Of a stretch of 64,000 nucleotides of DNA, positions 39,001 to 50,942 are shown in pieces. The number at the start of each line of letters is the position of its first letter. Position 1 is the stretch's first letter. The position numbers were made by a program, and so were the translations under genes. This DNA comes from Tubulanus polymorphus (taxonomy: Eukaryota; Animalia; Nemertea). Below the pieces are notes generated by a model. That model worked only from the letters and a program-made list of their open reading frames with translations. It did no database searches and was not told where the DNA came from. The stretch spans positions 24,174,950 to 24,238,949 of the forward strand of contig NC_134029.1 of assembly GCF_964204645.1 (NCBI RefSeq), given 5' to 3'.

Positions 39001-42000
39001 TAACTCTTACAAACTTTTGAACAACTACCGCCTGAACCCTGACTCTGATGTTATCTATGGATGAAATCAAGCGAACGTTGTTTTATTGAACTTCTGAGCT
39101 TGTTGTTATTTTCAGTTTCCGACCGTATCTCACCCTGAAACTCTACAGAAACACTACCACACGGTGCTCAATACAACGTTCATTAGTTTCCTACGTAACA
39201 CGTTACACCTCGAGCCGTGCGAACGATTGAGTATCGAACAGTGTTTGAATCATCCGTTGTTTCAAACGCCCGAATATCAACAACATCAACGTAAAACTGT
39301 CAACGAGATCCCGATTAAAATGATCGACTCGCACAGCATGCCTCAGCAGCAGCACAGAGACAAGAAATTATCACAGATAAATAAAACAGTGAAAAATAGA
39401 GAAACGTAAGTTTTGAAATTTCGACGCAGATTGGAAAATATCTAAACCTAGCAGTTTATTAACAGGAAACGCTGAATATCATCACGTGAAGTGAATTCAT
39501 CAAAATGAAAGACTTCGCCCTGAAATTAATCTCTGATTGAGAGGAACATTATTTGACTCAACCTTGCTGCAGGTTGAATCCCTGTAGTTACCAGGGTTTT
39601 AACAGATAGGCACAATCGGCAAATTCTGATTTTCTTCTCTAAAATAAGGGGATTTGAATTTTTGGTCTCTTGTTGTTCTTGCTGATGACGAGTGGCACAA
39701 TGGTTTGGGGAATTCGAGAGAAATTTGGATTCTCTGATCTGTACGAACTATGTTAGTGATACAATGGCTTTCAGTTTGTGTTGATGTTGTAATTATTTGA
39801 TTTTTCAGCGTTGATTCATGTAGAACTCCGTGCCCTCCGGTTGAATCAGATCAACAGATGAATCGTGCTACATTTGACGCCCAATCGGACGATCCAGTCA
39901 TAGCGTCATATCAATCGGGGTTACCTTCACATACTGCTGATAATAACACTGAATCAACTAACTGTGTAAATATAAACAAACTCGCTAAAACTAACACAGA
40001 TACAGACAGCTCAACTATAATTCAGGGAAATATCACTAATCACCATCTACAACAGACGTCTCCGAGAATGAGCGCGACGTCTAATAAACTCATCAAGGGA
40101 CAACAGCATTATCCTCTACAGAAAGGTCTAGCAGCATCCGGACTATCTTCAATTCCGGCCATTAACAATCGCTTGACCGACGGTCAGCAGCAGCAGCAGC
40201 AGCAGAAACCGATCAGTGGACGAGGCGCGAAAGAGAACAATACAAAAAATTCTCACTACGAGAAATTTACCGATCCGAGTTCTTCGAACTATAAAAAACC
40301 GGCGGCAGCTGTAGGGGGAGCCACTGGAGAAACTAAAACTAACGCGGTTAACAAAAAATTCGTCAAGACTGACGTAAGTTATTCAAAACTTCAGGATCTC
40401 GCGTCCATGAATAAATTACTCATCTCTGGCTCGGAGAGGAATAAAGTAGTCGCCGCGGGCGCAGAGATTATTCATAAAACTGATTCAAAAATCAAAAAGT
40501 TTCCGGGAATCGAAACTGCTGCGAAAAAAGACAAAGACAGTGATAATAATCAAGATAATAAAAATGCTAGTGACGGTGAGAATGTGATGAATAATAATAG
40601 CAAAAAGTCTCTGATGAAGTTGACTTCCAATCATACAGATTGGAGGCAGAAAGATCTTCGCAGTCATCTGAATAAAGTTACCGAAAATCCGGATTTAAAA
40701 GTCTTAGAAACAGCGGCGAATAGTGAAATCAGCGCGAGTAGTAATAATAAATACAATCGATTCCTGAAATCACATCATTTAACACCAGAGGGCACTGATA
40801 CCACCGCGCCGGACCACGGCTCATCCGTGAAAAACAACGAATCGGAATCAAAAGCGAAGAAGAAATTTCTGAAAAGTTGCGAATCGGAAGATTCGCTTGA
40901 AACTAAAACTAGTCAAACTAACAACGCAGTCCGAATTCACGAAAATAACTTACCAGCAAACGCATTCCGTACTCACGAAAATAACTTATCATCGAATAAT
41001 CCGGCTAGTAGATTACGTAGTTATACGTCGATGGATCATCATTTTCCCGTTTATAGTAAGAAAGACGGTAAAAAACACCACCAGGGTGGCGTTAAATACA
41101 ACATGTTTAAAGACTCGCCGATAATCAGTCCGCGTGTGAATTCGCCGGACTGGATTCCGGCAGACGCTGCCGGCAAATTCATGAAGAAATATACGAATAA
41201 CGCAGCAGGTAAACTGAAATCAGTTTCCACGGGGAGAGACGACACTGAATCTAATAACAACGGCACGTATTCAATCAGTTTCTCTATGAAACATCAAACT
41301 GATGATTGGAGAACTAAGGTAAATAGTAATACATCCGTAATACATTACAGTAATACCTGGGGGTTTTACTAGTAATACAGAGGAAGGGGTTCTGCTGCTA
41401 ATCACCATCACAGTCCTCTGTACATCAATTCTAATGAATGATCTATGTTTCATGTTCCAGCCATTACCTGTCACAAAGAAAGATTCCAAAATCTTAGCCA
41501 AACATAATTTAGGTAAGTTTCAATATCTATTGAAAGATGAATACATACCTGAAAAGAAATTAGTGGTGCCATTTTGAAGTAGGTCGTCGTTTAACAAGTT
41601 GAGACGTGTTTTGTTTACAGATGTCGGACCTTTGTATAATGAAAACAATTCGGCTAGAATTGTGATTGGTGCAGATCGTAGGCGTGGTCCGGAGACTGGT
41701 GGTGATTGGATGATTGCGGGTAAACGCAAGAAAAAACAAAAACAGGTAAGAACTGTTTAAACACAGGATTCTGTGTGTGAGATGAATTTAAACAGAAGGA
41801 AAAGTTTTTCACTGATTTATTCGTTTCATTTCCTAGAAAGCCTCGGATAATGGCAGTAACAGTAGCAGTAATCAACTGGTTCCTCTGCGTAGTATCACGC
41901 CAGCTCCTACTGATCTTCAAGATGATAACCCAGCATCACGAGCTGCTGCTGCTGCTGCTGCTACTGCTGATACTATACAACATGATAGAACTGAACCTTC

Positions 42001-43218
42001 TGTTGGTGCCTTACCCAAAAAACAGATTGATAAGGTATGGTTCCATGTGGGTAGAAATTGACCGATACTGTGTATAGCTGTCAGTTATTGTGAATCAACT
42101 CGACTTCATGATCCGGTTCAACAGTTCTCTTGGAATTCAGACATCGACTCATTTTAACTCTAGGGGTCAAATTCAACTCAGAACTGTGGAACTTGATTCT
42201 AATTACTATTCACTGTATGGGACCCTGAAGTGTCGGAGTAACCCCCAGGTGAGGGGGTGGCTGATATGTATTTCTAATCTAATTGTAGTCTCTGTCTGTC
42301 TGTCTCGTATAGTCTGTGAGACCAGTGTTCAGTAGTAGTCAGCAGGTCTCTTCTCTGTTTCTCTTTAACCTCTAGTCTTTCTCTCTATCTCTCTAAATAT
42401 TAAAAAAAACAATTAAACTCTTGTTCTATAGGCCGTGTATATGTTAGATATTTTGCCGTAGTGAGTGTTTGGGGCTGTTTTATGAAATACAACTTGTATT
42501 TAACTATATAGCATTCTAAACATAGGATAACCAATTTCACCTTAAAATCAAATAGTTATAACCCTGCATGTATTTAAATGAGCACCGTATTCTAGAAATA
42601 CCTCACCGTTCCCTAGTAATGCATGCTTTTCTCATATATCTAGCTTTCAGGAATTATAACAATTCATTATTTAATGAAATCACTATAAAAACTGTGATGG
42701 TGAGTGACAACTGACTGTGAAAATGTTGAGTGTGGGTTTTTGCTATCTGTTCTCGGCATCATTTCAAGTTTCAGCACAAATAGTTCGAATTCCTGGATTT
42801 GTCGATTAATTATTTGACCCTTATAACAGTAAGAATCAGTTAAATTTCAATATTTGAATCTTAAGAGTCAAATATGTATCGAGGGCTGAGTTGAACACAA
42901 CTGGATGATGTGTATGTGTATTGACTTGTAGAACATTCACATCTCCTCAGATCAATCACTGACTGCGATGATGCACTCTGTTTGTTTTCGTTATTTTTTT
43001 TTGGTTTTTGATTGATTTTTTACTTCACGAATTGCAGCTTGTCTAAAATAATGAGTGAAAATGCTTTAACGTACAATAGTTTGGCTTTACAGGGAACACG
43101 GCTTCACTTACTGCCTAAACCGTCATTACTTCACACTGTACACGCAACAGCGGCGCCACCTACCACAGCAGATGGCTACCACAGCAGATCGGATAAATCT
43201 ACGAAAACTGGTCTTTGA
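36068..43218 (+). CDS. CDKL5: Cyclin-dependent kinase-like 5 homolog with long low-complexity C-terminal tail
   Basis: Exons 36068-36104, 36179-36213, 36502-36547, 37037-37173, 37976-38096, 38177-38236, 38314-38404, 38641-38830, 39116-39405, 39809-41318, 41461-41512, 41621-41745, 41837-42034, (42313-42345?), 43093-43218. Kinase motifs [94 protein letters not shown]. Tail exons are less certain. Confidence 0.9.
36229..36376. mobile_element. Near-perfect 148-bp hairpin (MITE-like) in CDKL5 intron
   Basis: cacaggggcttgtatcagagttgtaggtaatg...cattacctacaactctgatacaagcccctgtg; ~70-bp arms with few mismatches. Confidence 0.8.
36703..36994. repeat. Degenerate ~21-bp minisatellite
   Basis: Unit cctgcctataagctgtctgatt-like. 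Confidence 0.85.
37378..37935. repeat. ~43-44-bp satellite (~13 copies) related to a dispersed MITE end
   Basis: Unit ctgagttcacagttaactctaactcacaactgtggaactggatc; same ACTGTGGAACTGG end is dispersed in the window. Confidence 0.9.
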
Positions 43219-43911
43219 CATTATAATAATCAGTGACTGAACCTCACTTGCCACTGTCTGTCTCTCATTCACTCGCTAAGCTGTTGAGAGTGATTTCACA
43301 GTCTTCAGCATTTTCTATTTAAGTCTGATGTAACCGGGTCATTGATGAAGTACATATGGTGGGATGGGGGCGCTAGGTGTGGGATGGGGGCGCTAGGGGT
43401 GGGATGGGGGCGCTAGGGGTGGGTTGGGTAGCAAACTGGCCATTTGTGCATAATGCTTAGAATTAATACTTAATGAACTTCCCTACTGGTACCGGTATAT
43501 ACCAGTTCATGCCGGTATGAACTGGAGTGCTAGGGCAACTATTCATACCAGTTCTTGCCAGTATATACGCGTTTTTACCAGTATATACAAGTCCATGCTG
43601 GTATATACCGGATCGTACCGGTTTGCACCGGTATATGCCAGTCCACGCTGGTCGTTTATACCAGTATATTGGTTGTGATGTGTTCTGCCCTGATATCCTC
43701 ACAGTCAGTTCTACAGTTCACTTATGTAAGAAACTAAAGCGAATTAACAGAACTGTGGAACTGGCTCCAGGATTACATTTATACGCATTATATGTAGAAT
43801 TCTTGTATATGTTAAATGAATTGTTAGTAACTTTAAGTTTTAGTTCTTCAAACTTTGAGATTCTGTTATATTTACGAATATGAAATGAATTGAAAAATAC
43901 TCAATAATTTA

Positions 43912-44080
43912 ACCCCTGTGAAGCTGGCTAACGGTTCCCAGTTCCTTATTCGGCTCCCGGTTCAAAAGCATTTTGAATCGGGAGCCGGTTCCCGGTTCCC
44001 GATTCGGCTCCCGATTCAAAATGTTTTTGAATCGGGAGCCGAATAAGGAACCGGGAACCGGGAGCCAGCTTCACAGGGGT
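43912..44080. mobile_element. GC-rich fold-back element with nested internal palindromes
   Basis: acccctgtgaagctggct...agccagcttcacaggggt, internal ggctcccgattcaaaa/ttttgaatcgggagcc repeats. Confidence 0.75.
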
Positions 44081-45004
44081 AATAATTTAACGATACATGA
44101 CATCAGAATTAGGGAAGTTCTGTTTATACATGTGTACCTATTAGATTAAATGAATCACTTCAAAGTGTCGAATTCAACTGATGATTTCGTCTACACAACA
44201 TATACCATAAATATCCAAAGGAAAAACAATTTGCTATTTCAAAATGATTTTGTTTACTAATTCTATGCAATTCAGCTATAAAACGGTTGAGGGCCGGTCC
44301 ACTTGTCTTCTGTCTTTAGGTTGTAAGATTTGCTAATTCAACCATGGACTCAACGTTTTAAAGTTCACGATTATAAACTAAGATGATCTAGGACGGGTTC
44401 TAAATCTAAGTCTTGAGGGTGTACTGGGGCAAAGATTTGGGCTATTCATGTCAATCTATAAGTCAAGGGGTAGATTTCCTCGCTAGTCTCCAGGGCCAGG
44501 GGGTTAATTATAGTTGTTTAGATGTTATATATATGACTGTAAAATTCCGTCCCTATTTGAATGATGATATATTTAATATTTGTTACGTAGTATGTTGTTG
44601 TTTTTAATCAGTATTCTCTTACAAATAGGACGATTCAAAATATTGCCAAAATATTGCGGCGAGGGTTAGAATAGAGTAGATCCGTTAATTCATTCTGTAT
44701 ATGACACCTGTTGAAACTTTGTACCTAATTTGTTGTATGTTTCAGGGCAAATCCTTTTAAGTATTGTCAAATTTTATACATACATATTATATTGTATATG
44801 ATCACTGATATTTTGTCACCCAAACTCATTTTTATTTGTTTTGGGAATTATATATTCAGATATAAACTGCATATAATGAATTATTATATATTGATTGAGA
44901 AATTACTATCTCTATTAAAGGGTTATAAATTCATATTGAATTCTGTTGAAATTGTTATTTTCTGTTCATCCTCAGCTTCGGCGTTGATCAATTGCTCTCT
45001 GAAT

Positions 45005-48000
45005 TTCAGTGAACTAATCGATACAGCACCCCCTAGAGGAATATCATTGAACTACGCTATCAATACAGCACCCCCTACAGGAATATCAGTGAACTACACC
45101 ATCAGTACAGCGGCCCCCTACAGGAATATCAATATCCTACAACTTAAATACAGCACCCCCTAGAGGAATATCAGTGAAACCCTATCGATAGCACCCCCTA
45201 GACGTATTTCAGTGAACTACACTATCAATACAGCACCCCCTAGAGGAATATCATTAAACTACACTATCAATACAGCACCCCCTAGAGGTATTTCAGTGAA
45301 CTACACCATCAGTACATCACCCCCTAGAGGAATATCAGTGAACTACACTATCAATACAACACCCCCTAGAGGTATTTCAGTGAACTACACTATCAATACA
45401 ACACCCCCTAGAGGTATTTCATTGAACTACACTATCAATACAGCACCCCCTAGAGGAATATCATTGAACTACACTATCAATACAGCACCCCCTAGAGGTA
45501 TTTCAGTGAACTACACCATCAGTACATCACCCCCTAGAGGAATATCAGTGAACTACACTATCAATACAGAACCACCTAGAGGAATATCAGTGAACTACAC
45601 AATCAATACAGCACCCCCTAGAGGTATTTCAGTGAACTACACTATCAATACAACACCCCCTAGAGGTATTTCAGTGAACTACACTATCAATACAGCACCC
45701 CCTAGAGGTATTTCAGTGAACTACACTATCAATACAACACCACCTAGAGGAATATCAGTGAAACACTATCGATAGCACCCCCTAGAGGTATTTCGGTGAA
45801 CTACACTATCAATACAGCACCCCCTAGAGGAATATCAGTGAACTACACTATCAATACAGCACCCCCTAGAGGTATTTCAGTGAATGACACTATCATACAG
45901 CACCCCCTAGAGGAATATCAGTGAACTACACTATCAATACAGAACCACCTAGAGGAATATCAGTGAACTACACTATCAATACAGCACCCCCTAGAGGTAT
46001 TTCAGTGAATGACAATATCATACAGCATCCCCTAGAGGAATATCAGTGTACTACACTATCAATACAGCACCCCCTAGAGGTATTTCAGTGAACTACACTA
46101 TCAATACAGCACCCCCTAGAGGTATTTCGGTGAACTACACCATCAATACAGCACCCCCTAGAGGAATATCAGTGAACTAAACTATCAATACAGCACCCCC
46201 TAGAGGTATTTCGGTGAACTACACCATCAGTACACCACCCCCTAGAGGAATATCAGTGAACTACACTATCAATACAGCACCCCCTAGAGGTATTTCAGTG
46301 ATTTACACCATCAGTACATCACCCCCTAGAGGAATATCAGTGAACTACACTATCAATACAGAACCACCTAGAGGAATATCAGTGAACTACACAATCAATA
46401 CAGCACCCCCTAGAGGTATTTCAGTGAACTACACTATCAATACAATACCCCCTAGAGGTATTTCAGTGAACTACACTATCAATACAGCACCCCCTAGATG
46501 AATATCAGTGAACTACACTATCAATACAACACCCCCTAGAGGTATTTCAGTGAACTACACTATCAATACAACACCCCCTAGAGGTATTTCAGTGAACTAC
46601 ACTATCAATACAGCACCCCCTAGAGGAATATCAGTGAACTACACTATCAATACAGAACCACCTAGAGGAATATCAGTGAACTACACTATTAATGCAGCAC
46701 CCCCTAGAGGAATATCATTGAACTACACTATCAATACAGAACCCCCTAGAGGAATATCAGTGAAACACTATCAATGGCACCCCCTAGAGGTATTTCAGTG
46801 AACTACACCATCAATACAGCACCCCCTAGAGGAATATCAGTGAACTACACAATCAATACAGCACCCCCTAGAGGTATTTCAGTGAACTACACTATCAATA
46901 CAACACCCCCTAGAGGTATTTCAGTGAACTACACCATTAATACAGCACCCCCTAGAGGAATATCAGTGAACTACACAATCAATACAGCACCCCCTAGAGG
47001 TATTTCAGTGAACTACACCATCAGTACATCACCCCCTAGAGGAATATCAGTGAACTACACTATCAACACAGAACCACCTAGAGGAATATCAGTGAACTAC
47101 ACAATCAATACAGCACCCCCTAGAGGTATTTCAGTGAACTACACTATCAATACAACACCCCCTAGAGGTATTTCAGTGAACTACACTATCAATACAGCAC
47201 CCCCTAGATGAATATCAGTGAACTACACTATCAATACAACACCCCCTAGAGGTATTTCAGTGAACTACACTATCGACACATCCCCTAGAGGAATATCAGT
47301 GAACTACACTATCAATACAGCACCCCCTAGAGGTATTTCAGTGAACTACACTATCAATACAACACCCCCTAGAGGTATTTCAGTGAACTACACTATCAAT
47401 ACAGCACCCCCTAGAGGAATATCATTGAACTACACTATCAATACAGAACCACCTAGAGGAATATCAGTGAAACACTATCAATGGCACCCCCTAGAGGTAT
47501 TTCAGTGAACTACACCATTAATACAGCACCCCCTAGAGGAATATCAGTGAACTACACTATCAATACAGAACCACCTAGAGGAATATCAGTGAAACACTAT
47601 CGATAGCACCCCCTAGAGGTATTTCGGTGAACTACACTATCAATACAGCACCCCCTAGAGGAATATCAGTTAACTACACTATCAATACAGCACCCCCTAG
47701 AGGAATATCAGTGAAACACTATCGATAGCACCCCCTAGAGGTATTTCGGTGAACTACACCATCAATACAGCACCCCCTAGAGGAATATCAGTGAACTACA
47801 CTATCAATTGAGAACCACCTAGAGGAATATCAGTGAACTACACTATCAATACAGAACCACCTAGAGGAATATCAATGAACTACACTATCAACACAGCACC
47901 CCCTAGAGGAATATCAGTGAACTACACTATCAATACAGAACCACCTAGAGGAATATCAGTGAACTACACTATCAACACAGCACCCCCTAGAGGAATATCA

Positions 48001-48608
48001 GTGAACTATACTATCGATAGCACCCCCTAGAGGTATTTCGGTGAAACACTATCAATGGCACCCCCTAGAGGTATTTCAGTGAACTACGTACCATCAATAC
48101 AGCACCCCCTAGAGGAATATCAGTGAACTAAACTATCAATATAGCACCCCCTAGAGGAATATCATTGAACTACACTATCAATACAGCAACTCCTAGAGGA
48201 ATATCGGTGAACTACACCATCAATACAGCACCCCCTAGAGGAATATCACTGAACTACACTATCAATACAGAACCACCTAGAGGAATATCAGTGAAACACT
48301 ATCGATAGCACCCCCTAGAGGTATTTCAGTGAACTACGTACCATCAATACAGCACCCCGTAGAGGAATATCAGTGAACTACACTATCAATACAGAACCAC
48401 CTAGAGGAATATCAGTGAACTACACCATCAACACAGCACCCCCTAGAGGAATATCAGTGAACTTCACTATTAATGCAGCACCCCCTAGAAGAATATCAGT
48501 GAACTTAGAGGAATATCAGTGAATTACGTTATCAATACAGCACCCCCTAGAGGTATTTCAGTGAACTACACTATCGACACATCCCCTAGAGGAATTTCAG
48601 TGAACTAT
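45005..48608. repeat. 42-bp satellite (~85 copies), each unit with a CTCF-like motif on the minus strand
   Basis: Unit tcagtgaactacactatcaatacagcaccccctagaggaata; reverse complement contains TGTAGTTCA-N8-CCTCTAGGGGGTGCTG. Confidence 0.95.
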
Positions 48609-48734
48609 ACACAGAAATGAGTGTTATCGATTCATTCCTGGTGATGTGGATACGAACAGGTCCTAGGTTCAAATCCACAGATACTGATGTTTGGTGATTG
48701 CTAAAAAGGGGTTCTGTTTTTAAGATCTATCCAT

Positions 48735-48946
48735 TTCGAATTGTCCAAAACTTGGTTTAAATGAGCAACGTAATTATTTATCTAACGTTATTGAAATTAA
48801 ATAGAAACGACTGTAGTTATTGACACCGGTTTCTGATGGAATTGTGTACCTTGAAATTCTGGGCTAAACAGTCGTTTCTAAATAAGTTCAAAAACGTTAG
48901 ACGAATAATTACGTTGCCTAATTAACGAGTTTAAAAGTAATTTGAA
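48735..48946. repeat. Imperfect ~210-bp inverted repeat
   Basis: gcaacgtaattatttatctaacgtt...tagaaacgactgt paired with acagtcgtttcta...aacgttagacgaataattacgttgc. Confidence 0.7.
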
Positions 48947-49304
48947 TATTTTTTGAATTCATAGATATACCTAGGATACTAAATATTTTTATTTCGGGAG
49001 GTTTTTGTATCTCTAATTGGGGTCCAAAGGGTTTTTTGATAATTGACTCCCATCTATTGGATTTTCAGTGAACTATAATCTCAATAGATGCTTTGTTAAG
49101 AATCCGTATAGATTTTCATGAATGGCAGATAGGAATGTTACTCTGGCAGTCGAGGGATCTTGCGATAATCTAATCGTTGTGTAGTTAGATAAATTATAGA
49201 TATTTCATTAAAACAGTCAATGGTTTAGTGTTTCTACTGACATGAATGATTTTCGAATGAAAAATTAAACCGTGTTCTTTTAAAACCACGTAAAAAGAGA
49301 CACA

Positions 49305-50125
49305 GTATCAGTAATTACTGGATTCGAACCCTGGACACCCCTGTACATCCTCTATTCAGCATCAAGGCCATTCTGAATCAGCGACAGTAATAACTGTGTT
49401 CGAACCCTGGACACCCCTGTTCATCCTTTATTCAGCATCAAGGCCATTCTGAATCAGTGTCAGTAATTACTGGGTTCAAACCCGGGAAACCCCTGTACAT
49501 CCTCTATTCAGCTTTGATTTGGAGATGCTGAATACGCATTGTACAGTGGTGTCCCGGGTTCGAACCCAGATACTGATTCAGAGTGCGGGTCCTGAATAGA
49601 GGTACTGGGGTTCCGACCGTACGTTGCTGCCGCTATGCTCATCGTTAGTGGGATTTTCATACACTAACGCAAGTTAACTCTGGCATGCTAGGGATAATGG
49701 CAACAACTCGATTGCCAGAGTTGACTTACATTAGTGTATGAAAATCCCGCTAACGATGAGCATAGCGGCAGCACCATACGGTCGGGACCCCAGTACCTCT
49801 ATTCAGGACCCGCACTCTGAATCAGTATCTGGGTTCGAACCCGGGACACCACTGTACAATGCCTATTCAGCGTCTCCAAATCAGTGTCAGTTAAGACAGG
49901 GTTCGAACCCGGGACACCCCCTGTACATTGTCAATTCAGACTCTGAATTCGTACCCTGGACACCCTAGTACATCCTCTACTCAGCATCAGGACCACTCTG
50001 AATCAGTGTCAGTAATTACTGGGTTCGAACTCTGGACATCCCTGTACATCCTCTATTCAACATCAGGACCACTCTGTGAATCAGTGTCAGTAATTACAGG
50101 ATTCGAACTCTGGACATCCGCTCAG
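49305..50125. repeat. 76-bp B-box-containing tandem units with an embedded ~370-bp hairpin (49515-49883)
   Basis: Unit ctgtacatcctctattcagcatcaggaccactctgaatcagtgtcagtaattactgggttcgaaccctggacaccc; arms 49515-~49686 and ~49712-49883 are reverse complements. Confidence 0.85.
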
Positions 50126-50131
50126 TTTAGG

Positions 50132-50610
50132 ATAAGATAAGATAAGATAAGATAAGATATTTATTTCACTCCAACCATAAGAATGGTACGTGGAGGCAAG
50201 ATTGAATACAAAATATGAAATATAAAAATTTACAAAACATGAACAGAATTATATACATACATACAGACAAAACAAAATAGGAATTAACAAAATTTAAAAT
50301 CTAATTTTTCAGTAAAACTATTTACAGACAAAGCATGTACAGAGATTGAATTATATACAGCAAGATATATCACACGTATATAAACAATTCATTGGAGGGA
50401 TTTGTATAAACTTATACCTAACTGGATGAATTTAGCTATTCGTGGGGTATGATTCCTTAATATTTCTAGGTTTCTGGACATACTTAAATGGATGGAATTA
50501 TCACGCAGATCGCTTAGCAAAGTGCAGTCATAAATGAAGTGAAGCTCATCGCCTACGGTTAATAATGAAAAATGGAAAAAATGATCTTCAACCTTGTAAT
50601 ATAGCAATTT
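50132..50610 (-). mobile_element. 5'-truncated LINE 3' end inserted in the repeat block
   Basis: Minus ORF with GDELHFIYDC...LR, typical of the C-terminal CCHC region of LINE ORF2; ends with AATAAA and (TCTTA)n tail at 50132-50165. Confidence 0.7.
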
Positions 50611-50942
50611 CCAAAATCTTGATGTATTAAATTAGGCAGCCAGAAATATTCACTCAATCAGTCGCTTGCTGGTTCAGACTGAATGGAAGATTGTTTGAAT
50701 GAACCGGAACCAAATTTCCAATTATGTACTTCGATTTAAAAAAGAAAATTCTGTAAATTAGACCGCCGATCACACAACTATATCTGTACTTCGATTTCCG
50801 ATTTCAAACCCCCTGTTTCGCTCCCGGCAGGTGTGGTGGGTCTGTAAGGGACACTCAATCAAAAAATCCAACGAAATCTACAAACCAAATAAACAACAGG
50901 GACAATCCCTATTTTAAGATCCAAAAAAAAAATAAAAAAAAT

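Noticed and set aside
43356-43425. GGGGGCGCTAG 20-bp triple repeat as CTCF sites
   Set aside because: Lacks the 5' CCASYAG half of the core; treated as a small G-rich repeat.
45212-48030. ORFs of repeated NYTINTAPPRGISV
   Set aside because: By-product of a 42-bp (3n) satellite; frequent frameshifts and stops, mostly non-ATG starts, no splice context.
49689-49700. TAGGGATAA resembling an I-SceI site
   Set aside because: Only half of the 18-bp site matches; likely chance.
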